Source: Eledone cirrhosa (Eukaryota). Taken from it: 64,000 nucleotides of DNA. Every line of letters begins with the position of its first letter. Positions within the stretch are counted from its first letter, which is position 1. A program made the position numbers and the translations under genes. The stretch lies in the NCBI GenBank assembly GCA_964016885.1, contig OZ024742.1, positions 128,774,001-128,838,000 of the forward strand, read 5' to 3'. The notes under the pieces are model-generated. The model searched no databases, was not told the origin of the DNA, and saw nothing but the letters and a program-made list of their open reading frames with translations. This document shows positions 54,171-64,000 of the stretch, one piece after another.

Positions 54171-54419
54171 GTTGAGGAAAAAGAGGAAGAGAGGAAGGGA
54201 GTACTCACTCTTGCTGCATCTGGAGATGAGGATTGTACATTTTTTCGGGGTGTGTAAAACCCCTGTGTAACACCTCCCCCCTATTGGGGATTTCAATTGT
54301 TATTTGTTATTGTATTAATAGTTTTATTTTCATATACCTGTATGTAAACTCCCCATTTCTATTTGTCCCCTTCTTTTATGCCCTTGTGGCTAATAAAGAA
54401 ATTTATCCATCCATCCATT

Positions 54420-54913
54420 GCCACCACCATCATCATCGCCACCACCACCACCATCATCGTTTAACGTCTATCTTCCACGCTAGCATGGGTTTAGACGGGA
54501 GTTGTCCCACTTGAGGCAAGATCGGTTGTCTCGCTCGTATGGGACTGTCTGGCAGGTTTTCTACAGCTAGATGCCCTTCCTAACACCAACCACGTTTACA
54601 GTGTGGACTAGGAGGTTTTTACTATGTTACCTACATGGCCACATTACAGCGTGGACTGTGTTATTTTTTGTCCTGACACCTACACGACCTCATTTATTTA
54701 GGACTGGATGTTGTGGCACCAACATAACTTTACAGAGAAAGGGGTGGTGTTTATGGGAGTGAGGGAGTTGGGGTAGTGGGCGGGGGTGTATATTTGATTT
54801 ACTGACTGTAGGTTTTGCTTTGTACTTAGGCAATACGGATTTGCTGTATTACTGCGTAGCGCCAAAGATCTCGGTCTAGTGACATTGTCTTAGAGAGGTG
54901 TAAGTGTGTAAGG
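54420..54913 (-). mobile_element. RTE 3' end with long 3' UTR (second copy)
   Basis: Colinear reverse complement of 12770-13228. Confidence 0.8.
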
Positions 54914-54917
54914 TATA

Positions 54918-54964
<47 letters not shown>

Positions 54965-55017
54965 GACGTAAAATAAGAAAATTTTTAAAAATTAAAAATC
55001 AACTTACTAAAATTTTC

Positions 55018-55107
55018 ACTCCAACTAATTAGTTTCTGTAATGGGATAAATATAGAAATATAGTTACGCAATGTAACTATCGAGAATTCATTACGTCATC
55101 AGGGAGT
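55018..55107 (-). ncRNA. Type I hammerhead ribozyme (left arm)
   Basis: Reverse complement of 55785-55866 with an extra 8 nt in stem II. Confidence 0.8.
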
Positions 55108-55784
55108 CTATTCTCAGGTGATGCGCGGACACTAGGAACTCATATAAAACTAATAATTCAGTGGATGGAACAGCTAGCGGGGACTGAATTCCATAGCACT
55201 GAAAAAGTTCACCGTCTCTGGTCAAGTGGCAGATTCTAAAGAATCAATCACGTGACACTGAGGCTAGTCAGTAGGAGTGGGGTGGTATTATGACAAGAGC
55301 CTACTACCACTACAATGAATTAGCAGTGGATTTGGCAAGTTTGCTCAACAAATAAATAATTTGGAGATAAATATAGAGAATTAGTATATTTACCAACATA
55401 TGCGTACAGATGTACACTAATGCTAGCAAATACATAAGTTATGTCATAGTACCTAGGTGGTTCTGTACATCTGTACGCATATGTTGGTAAATATACTAAT
55501 TCTCTATATTTATCTCCAAATTATTTATTTGTTGAGCAAACTTGCCAAATCCACTGCTAATTCATTGTAGTGGTAGTAGGCTCTTGTCATAATACCACCC
55601 CACTCCTACTGACTAGCCTCAGTGTCACGTGATTGATTCTTTAGAATCTGCCACTTGACCAGAGACGGTGAACTTTTTCAGTGCTATGGAATTCAGTCCC
55701 CGCTAGCTGTTCCATCCACTGAATTATTATTTTTATATGAGTTTCTAGTGTCTGCGCGTCGCCTGAGAACTTAGCTGAGAATAG

Positions 55785-55866
55785 ACTCCCTGATGACGTA
55801 ATGAATTCTCGATAGTTACATTGCGTAACTATATTTATCCCATTACAGAAACTAATTAGTTGGAGT
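55785..55866 (+). ncRNA. Type I hammerhead ribozyme (right arm), predicted cleavage after 55861 (GUU)
   Basis: ACTCC-CTGATGA-C-GTAATG...ATAGTTAC-ATTGC-GTAACTAT...CATTAC-A-GAAA-CTAATTAG-TT-GGAGT. Confidence 0.82.
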
Positions 55867-56437
55867 GAAAATTTTAGTAAGTAAGTTGATTTTTAATTTT
55901 TAAAAATTTTCTTATTTTACGTCTCTTTCATATAATTGTTCTGCATCCTCCTGCATAGAACTACCTAGGTACTATGACATAACTTATGTATTTGCTAGCA
56001 TTAGTGTACATCTGTACGCATATGTTGGTAAATATACTAATTCTCTCTCTCTATATATATATATATATTATTTGTCATTATCACGGATTAAAAGTTTATT
56101 TGCTCTATATTTATTTATATCGACCCCTCTATTGATTTTTGTCTTTGTATTTATTATCACTACTGTATAAATAAATAAATATATATATATATCTTAAGGA
56201 ATCAACAACACACATGGAACAATAAATCATACCTCACATTGCCTAAAGAAACATATAATGAAACTAAGAGTTGTTATATGAAATGGAATATTCAACTACT
56301 GAAATGTGTGTGTACACAAACATCTAAATATACTGAAATCAACAATCCATATGTATAGGATTTTAGAATAATATATTTCTTAAAATGCTGGTAATTATAT
56401 ATATATATGCATATGTGTGTATGCATATATGTATATA

Positions 56438-56830
56438 TGTCAGGTCACCACTTGGTGTTACTGGTAACATGTATCCCAGTACAACCTGTCTCATGGTAGG
56501 GTCGTTGGCGACTAAACTGGCAACCCCACCAAGGTTTCTTGGTGAGGAGGGTGACTTTGGACATCCTGCAGGATTAAAAACAAAACCTGTCAAAGGGCAA
56601 AGGAGCTCTTAAGAGTCAATAGCCATCCAAAATCACCAGGAGAGATGACCCCTTAGCCTTTGTCAAGGCAGAATTCTAGGAGAAGGAAAACTCTGATATA
56701 GCACCTGCAACCCTGATGGTTCCAATGATGTTGACTTGTTCTTCTTTTTGGTAAATATCATCTTGGTTAAAAGAGTGGGACTGGCTTTGTGCAGTGCCTT
56801 TGCTCATTATAAAAGCTTCACGGCACAGGC
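56438..56830 (+). mobile_element. Probable RTE-type 5' UTR fragment
   Basis: Contains CTAGGAGAAGGAAAACTCTGA, a motif I recognise from RTE 5' regions. A related copy lies at 11014-11150. Confidence 0.45.
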
Positions 56831-57424
56831 ATTGCTTTATATCTGGAGATCTCTCTGCACTTGTCATCACAGGGTACAATGGGCCCAGCACTATGTGTCA
56901 GTAATTGTCACAAGTGTAGTGTTTGTACCAGAGTTTTCAATTCGCTGGCTGGACTAAAAAGTCATACTTGTTTAGCGCATCAGTAGGGGTTCTCCTACAT
57001 GGATATAAAGTAGTGGCCGTACTCGAAAACGAGTCCTACCCGTTAAACATACTTACATACATACATAGTGGGGAGAGTCATGACATTCATAAACTGCTAC
57101 TTTATATGCTGGATGCTTTAAATGATTCATTTAAAGACAAAGACTAACTAATCCTTTTGTGAGTAAAGAAGACATTAGAGAGTGAGTTTTGTGTGTGATG
57201 TGTAGTAGGGCAGAGTGAAAAGTGGCACCATTAACTGTGCTTAATGAAAAAGCTACTAATTAACAAGCTGTTCATTCTTCTAATTACTACTGTGTATATG
57301 TTGGAGTGCATGTGCTTCATAATCACCTCATGCCATTTGTAAACTCGATTGGTCTGCACATTATTGTTGTCTTTGTCAATACCACCACTAGCATTATTCT
57401 AAATGAAAACAATATTGAATTTAA

Positions 57425-57498
<74 letters not shown>

Positions 57499-58255
57499 CA
57501 AGCATTTGTTTTGAAGATAGCGAGCAAAGTTTAAAATTGAGTTAGAAATGTAAGATTCTCACCATATTTTGATTAAAGAAAATTAATTTAGAGGGTTTTA
57601 AAACCCCACTATCAGGCTAATTTTCTTTAGTCAAAATAAGTAAAAAAGTTTCTATTTCTAACTCAATATATATATATATATAAATTACAGCACAACAAAC
57701 AAATTCTTGAAAAAATTTTTTACAATTGGTTCAGAGGACAAAATTTGACATTTTGAAAAGTTGTTTATATTGTCTAGGTCTGCAAAGAAGAGAGAAAGTT
57801 TTAAAGAAAACATCTTTGAATATATTTATATTTATATATATATTTACTATATAAATTGGAAGTGGTCGGACGTTGTATATGTAGGTGTAGTCGGATAAAC
57901 GTTGAAACGGCTTGGTGGAATGCAGCAAAAATTGACACAGTTATGCAGAATGACCTGAGGAGGCGTTGGGTCGACGTTCAAGCTACAAGCTTCCATGGTT
58001 ATGGAGAAAATCGATGAAACAGGAATTTCCCATTCAAATTGAATTGAGAGTAATCTGTGAATGCAGAAGTAAATATTTCGAGAAACGTTGCAACCGAAGG
58101 AAAACAGGAAGACAATATTTTGGTTCATGAAGACGTTTCCTGGCAATGAACGGAAAAAAACGAGGATAATACGTCATTATGCGGAGCGAGAAGAACAATT
58201 TCATGCAAAGTCAAGACCAAGTTTATGGTATAAATGGAGTCGTTAGACTAATATT

Positions 58256-58903
58256 CTATTTAAAATAACAGAATGATTTCCAGCCCCGGAGTTTAAGGAT
58301 GATGTAAATAAAATTGAAAACGAAAATGACAGAGGTTATTAAAATAGTAAAAATAAATAGTGTAGATTTAGGCCAGTACATACGTATGTGAGTGTGTCCC
58401 GACGGACATACATACGCACACACAAATACATACACACCCACAAACACACACGCATGTACGCGCGCGCACGTATGTATAAACCTTATGCATTTCTACAGTA
58501 TTTTCACCAAACTTAAGACATAGGTTACTTATGTACTCCGGATGGTCATGGGCACTTTCATTTTTCCAGATATCGATTATAGGGCCTCCCGGCAGATAAC
58601 TCCCTTTAATCACTTCCTTGGAGTCGACTGAAGCACTGCAGTGCAATGCAACAAAATGTCATAACTTCTGGAGTTCGCAACTGATTTTCACAAAACTTAT
58701 GGGCGACGTTTGTCCTACAGATGAATGTGAACTCTCAGAATTGGCACATATTGAGTAGGGGACCCCTGGGGGCAGGAACCCCCTTTTGGAAAAAGCCGAT
58801 GATTTTGTAAAAGTATAGTTTTCGAAGCAGCACTGAAGTATTGATATAAATGGTATACACAACTGGTATTTAATACCCGAACAATGCCGAGTACTTCTGC
58901 TAG
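58256..58903 (+). mobile_element. Non-autonomous Helitron (5' end uncertain)
   Basis: 3' end CCCGAACAATGCCGAGTACTTCTGCTAG|T resembles 46963-46990. Internal ATTTTCACCAAACTT motif. Confidence 0.6.
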
Positions 58904-58994
58904 TATATATATATATAACGAAGGACGTGTGGTAAGGAATCAGGTGGACCATAACGCACCAGAGTACTCAATACTTAGGGTAGTAGAGTGGGTA

Positions 58995-59085
58995 ATAGGA
59001 AAATGTTCAAGACCCCGATCTCTGGACTGAAATAGCCGTCGAAACGGCTTGAGCTCTGCCGTCGGGGTCTTGAACATTTTCCTAT
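58995..59085. repeat. Perfect 24-bp inverted repeat with an inner hairpin
   Basis: ATAGGAAAATGTTCAAGACCCCGA / TCGGGGTCTTGAACATTTTCCTAT, with inner AGCCGT-CGAA-ACGGCT. Confidence 0.92.
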
Positions 59086-60321
59086 ATACATATATGGGTT
59101 AGATGGGTTGTCATGTTCTGAAATCTGACATGTTAAATGACCATGCCTTGCTCATGTTCTGGGGCTTTTTGCATGGCTTCTACAGCTGGATGCTCTTCCT
59201 AATGCCAACCATTTTTCACCATGTACTGGCTACATTTTATCGTGGCAGCAGACACATACATATGTATATATCATCATCATAATTCTATGTCTGCTTTTCC
59301 TGGCTTTTCTTCATCATCCACTCTGTGAGCTACTCTCTCTCTCTCTCTCTGTGTCTATGTGTAAAGAGAGGGTGGAGAGGGCTATTAATGTCCGACAACC
59401 TACATATATTGGTGGCATGGTGACATGATAATAACGTACCCAGTACGATCTTGATTGGTCTTAGGGAAAGCAACCAGCTGCAGAAAAATAGCCAAACAAA
59501 GGGATGAGAGGACTTTTCAGTTTGTCAACAGTACAACAACCTACCCAGTACTAGTGTTATGATAAAACACCAGTACACTGTAAAGTAGTTAACATTAGGA
59601 AGGGCATCTAGTTATAGAAACCATGCATCCAGTACACACTGTAACATGCTGAAACATATGCAAGCAAGATACAGATCCTTGACCTGTCTGAGAGGTCAGT
59701 AACTATGATTAATTACTGACTTGGTCTCTGATGACCCATCCAACTCATGCCAGCATGGAAGAGCAGACGTTAAATGATGATTATATATATATATATATAT
59801 AGGAGTGAAGAATAACACGGATCGCCTATACAATAGAGTTTCCAAGTATTAACAAATGTTTCATTGGCCCGGTGTGTCTAAAAACCGCTTTCCGCATTGT
59901 GCCACAACACTCGATTTTAAGTACACTTTACACCAACCGAATTCTCAATATATGATATCAAATCCCAAAACATGGTTGCAAGGCAAACTTCTTAACCACA
60001 GAGCCATGCCTGCACTTCACACACACACATATGCATACATAGTCAGAGGCAAATGATTGAGTATGTATGGTTAATTGGACATTTCGCTCTATATGATTAT
60101 CATCACTGTAAACAAAAATATATAGATAACATCTCACTTCAAAACAAAAATGACTTGCACAAATACAAAATATGTGTGTAGTTTTCTATTGGCTGGCTGT
60201 ATTCCTAAGGCCCATAACATGTATAGTTTTCTATCAGCTGACTAATCCTAATTCTCATTAGATGTTGCATATATAATATGCATTAAGAAAGTTTTGTTAT
60301 GTTTTATTTGTTATGTTTTAT

Positions 60322-60881
60322 TCGGACGCCATGCTTTGACGTATAGAGTTACGGCCCTTGCCATTCTGAGTTCAAATCCCGCTGAGGTTAACTTTGCCTT
60401 TCATCCTTACGGGGTCGATAAAATAAAGTACCAGTAATGCACTGGGTAATTGCTGGCCTTGTGCCTAAAGTAGAAACAATTATTATTTGTAACGCTTTGG
60501 TTCTGGTAGATGCTATACCGACACTATACCAAAAGAGCGAGCCATAGCCAATGGCCAAAGGTCCTTTGGGTCATTCCTTCTAGTTCAACTTTCCAACACC
60601 CTTCTTAGAATTCTTGCTGTTCCCAGCAAGAGTGTTTTCTGCAACAATCCTGTCCTGATGTTAATTCCTAGATTATCATTATTAGTAGTATCGGTAGGGC
60701 GTTGGACAACATGCTTTGCGGCATTGAGTTACATCTCTTTATGTTCTGGGTTCAAATCTCGCTGAAGTGAGCTTTGCCTTTTGTCCTTACAGGGTCGATA
60801 AAATAAAGTACCAGTAATGCACTGGGTCGATTTAATCGACTCCCCCCACCTTCAAATTGCTAGCCTTGTGCCTAAAGAAAA

Positions 60882-60912
<31 letters not shown>

Positions 60913-61098
60913 TGGTTTCGCAGTATCGGAAGAGCGTGAGACACCTTGCTTTGCAGCATAGTTATGGCCCTTTATACTCTGAGTTCAAATCCCGCCAAGG
61001 TTAACTTTGCCTTTCGTCCTTACAGGGTCTAGTAATGTAATGAGGTAATTGCTGGCCTTGTCCCAAAAGTAGAAACAATTATTATTATTATTATTATT
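60322..61098 (+). mobile_element. Three co-oriented Meta/MESC-like SINEs
   Basis: Copies near 60322-60487, 60685-60880 and 60920-61085, with (ATT)n tails. Confidence 0.85.
60495..60672 (-). mobile_element. R4/Dong-clade LINE 3' end
   Basis: Minus strand reads LGINIRTGLLQKTLLLGTARILRRVLES* (R4-type LQK..LLGTARILR.VL). Confidence 0.78.
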
Positions 61099-61207
61099 AC
61101 ACATACTAGACTTCTATTGTGTATCTATATTCAAATTACTTATCATGTATAGGTCAACTGTTTGTCAGTTCTAATAATAAAGCAAAAATGCATAACAGGT
61201 AGTGTGT

Positions 61208-61239
<32 letters not shown>

Positions 61240-61984
61240 TTTATATTAGCTAATATTACTTTCATGATGCAATAGTTCAAATTACAACATATAACCTTAG
61301 ATCCCAAGCAAACAATGTTGGTTCCACAATAGAATGCACCCAGTACACTCTATAAAGTGATGGTGGTACTTCAAAAGAACGCACTCAGTACATCCTGTTA
61401 GGTGATTGATATTGGGAGGGGCATCCAGACATAGAAACTATGCCAAAATGAGTAAGGATGGCACTTGAGCTACATCAATGTGATGGCAACCTCTCTAATG
61501 CTGGTACCAACATAAAATACACCCTGTACAATCTGTGTAAACTGGTCAACATTAGGAAATGCATGCAGCCATAGAAACCATGTCAAATATATGTATGGGC
61601 AAGATGAGGTTGCCCTGTTTTTTGGTTAGTTTTTGTCTTTTAAGTGTAATCACTGAACTGGTCATACAGGAACAAAACAAAATGTTTAATGATTAATGAT
61701 GGAAACCTATTTATCACAAAATAATATAGATGATTCCTGGGCTGTACCTGTTTGACAAGTTGTTTGATCTGAGATCATGTTTCAGAAATAAAAAAAGGGT
61801 CACACACATACAAATTATGTTCAGTTTTGCTTTTCATTATTATGTGGACTGACTGGACAGTGAACCTGTAGAGTTGGTAGAGTGTTATCAAATGCATAGC
61901 AGTATTTCTTCCAGCTCTCTGCATTCTGAATTCAAATCCTGCCATGGTCAACTTTGTTTTTAATCCTTTTGGTGTCAATATAAT

Positions 61985-62165
61985 ATAATTGTTTCTACTT
62001 TTGGCACAAGGCCAGCAATTATCCCGGTACTTTATTTTATCAACCTCGTAAGGATGAACGGCAAAGCTAACCCTGGCAGGATTTGAACTCAGAATGACAA
62101 GGGCCATAACTATGCTGCAAAGCATGGAGTCTGATGCTCTACCGAGTCTGTCAATCCACTGCCTG
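61985..62165 (-). mobile_element. Meta/MESC-like SINE
   Basis: Same family motifs. Confidence 0.8.
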
Positions 62166-62399
62166 GTGTCAATATAATATAATACCAGGCAAATACTGAG
62201 GTCAATATAACTGACTCTCTTCTCCACAATTGCTGGCCATGTGGCAAAATTAGAAACCATTAAGGGCAGCAGATTGGCAGAAGTGTTGGACAACATACTT
62301 TATGGTATTTAGATATGGCTCTTAACATCATCATCATCACCGTTTTACGTCCGTTCTTCCACGCTAGCATGGGTTAGACGGGTTGTCCTGTTGTGGGCA

Positions 62400-62461
<62 letters not shown>

Positions 62462-63797
62462 CGAGACATGTTTATTATACATAAACATCGTACATGTCCT
62501 CATATATAGCCCTTATATTATATATACTACATGTCATGTATACTGAGTTCAAATACCACTATGTCAACTTTATCTTTTTTCCTTTAGGGATCAATAAAAT
62601 AAAGTATCAGTAAAATACTGGGATCAATATAATCGGTTCCATTTATTTTTAGCGAAGTTATTTTGAGTGAAACATTAAGGGCAAAATTTCAGCAAAGATT
62701 AATTTTGAATTACTTTTTGAATTTTTATTCTTTCTAGAATTAATATTTTGATTTTAAACGTTGTGAATTTTTAGTTCTTTCTACTATAAAATGTGGTGAT
62801 TTTTAATAATTTTATATTTACCTGTTGTGAAGGTGTAATTATTTGTACAAAAGAAATTGTAGATTTCTAGTATATTTTTATTTTTATCAACTTCACTCAA
62901 AGTGTCTTTAAAAAAACAATCTGAGGTTCGCTCAAACTAACATCGCTTAATAGGCATTGCTCAAAATACACACAATTTTAACTTTGCTCAACTTGACTTC
63001 ACTCAAACGACAGGACATGATATAATCAGCTTTCCACAATCCATAAGTTTCTGACCTTGTGCCTAAATTAGAAATCATCATTATGTATATCAAAACCTTT
63101 CATTGAGCATTTGTGTCCTGTTTACTTTATCTTTTATAGGTCAATTGTTCATCAGTTCTAATAAATTAGTGTAACAGTCGTGTCTGCGTTGCCAATCTTT
63201 TCAAAGCTAAACATGCTAAATTAGGATTAAAAGCATGCTAAAATGTGCTAATATTTTGTTGACCCTTTCAATACCAAACACTTGAGACTACTCCTAGTTC
63301 TATGACACAAAACTTTATATTTATCTAAAAACTTTCCACTGTTTTGTTATCTTATTCCAAACAAAATGAATATCACTGGTCAACAACCAAATGCTTCTGA
63401 GACCACAGTAGCCATTTCCAACTAATTTTAGGCCACTGATAATGAATATCACGGTTAAAACTGTTTGTTAGCTCTACTTTTCAACATATACCTACGTGTC
63501 ACAGCAGGCTCCAACAGGCTTGTGGCAATGTGTTTCTTACCACACTCACAGTCCCACTGTCCTTCAGTATAGTTCCAACAGTCATAGGAGATGGTTGTGT
63601 TGTGCAAGTTTATATATTGAGGTGAAAGGTAGGTGATTTTCCTAGTCAAACATTTTTTAAACTTATAATAAATATTCATTGAGCAGGCTATTGATATGCA
63701 TGTGAGGCATTTTATATTGATTTTGTTTTCCAACTCAATGATATAATTTTGATAAAGCACACTCCTCTAGACCACATCTCAGCAGCAGTTCAGAAAT

Positions 63798-64000
63798 TTC
63801 TTCATCATAGAAGATGATTTATTGGCCTGCAACAATATTAATGGTCTGATGGAAGCACTTGGTATTGAATACGAACCCATTCCCTGGATGCTGCTCATAA
63901 ATTCATCAAAAACTTGTCTGAAAGGTGTCTTGCTGCATAATGGCAATAGTGAACCATCAATTCCTGTGGGCTATGCATCACATATGAAAGAAACTTATGA
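63798..64000 (+). pseudogene. Sola2-type DNA transposase fragment, running off the window end
   Basis: LACNNINGLMEALGIEY...WMLLINSSKTCLKGVLLHNGNSEPSIPVGYASHMKETY, matching WRLFIDSSK.SLKAVLLHNGN..PSIP with the catalytic D changed to N. Confidence 0.8.

Larger units (their letters stand above)
48098..54402 (+). mobile_element. Near full-length L1/Tx1-clade LINE, pseudogenised
   Basis: ORF1 with a zinc knuckle, ORF2 with EN, RT and a Cys-rich tail, and a 3' UTR ending AATAAAGAAA. The 5' boundary is inferred from the (ATCT)5 tract. Confidence 0.88.
54957..56046. mobile_element. Non-coding fold-back element with a hammerhead in each arm (Penelope pLTR / retrozyme-like), 541-nt unit
   Basis: Inverted arms 54957-55416 and 55464-55934. 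The reverse complement of the 47-nt spacer reappears at 55958-56004 and the arm start reappears at 56005. Flanked by (TA)n. Confidence 0.85.

Noticed and set aside
61485-61580. Twister-like layout in the AACCTCTCTAATGCTGGT...AGGAAGGGCATCC module
   Set aside because: The twister pseudoknot pairings and conserved nucleotides could not be fitted in any copy in this window.
63455-63760. Possible pogo/Tigger HTH remnant on the minus strand
   Set aside because: Only faint motif similarity (IELENKINIK, TVGTILK), too weak to call.

Overview
Non-coding, AT-rich, repeat-dominated animal DNA. The SINE/LINE content resembles an octopus-like cephalopod, but that is an inference from repeat motifs. I found no credible host protein-coding exon, RNA gene or CRISPR array. 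Most ORFs in the track are translated microsatellites or decayed transposon fragments. The window holds (i) two copies of an L1/Tx1-clade LINE, one near full length (48098-54402) and one 5'-truncated (16641-18701), both bounded by (TATC)n-type repeats. It also holds (ii) fragments of RTE, CRE, R4 and CR1-type LINEs, a Penelope-like element, and Tc1/mariner and Sola2 transposases, and (iii) Helitron-type and TTAA-bounded MITEs plus dozens of tRNA-headed SINEs from two families. The signal not explained by the ORF track is a set of about 10 type I hammerhead ribozyme (HHR) motifs, intact or decayed. Several have unusually long stem II and palindromic stem III. The best case is a 1.1-kb fold-back element (54957-56046) built from a 541-nt circularly permuted unit, with one hammerhead on each strand and a perfectly homogenised 266-bp inner stem. 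All structures were read by eye; none was computed or tested.
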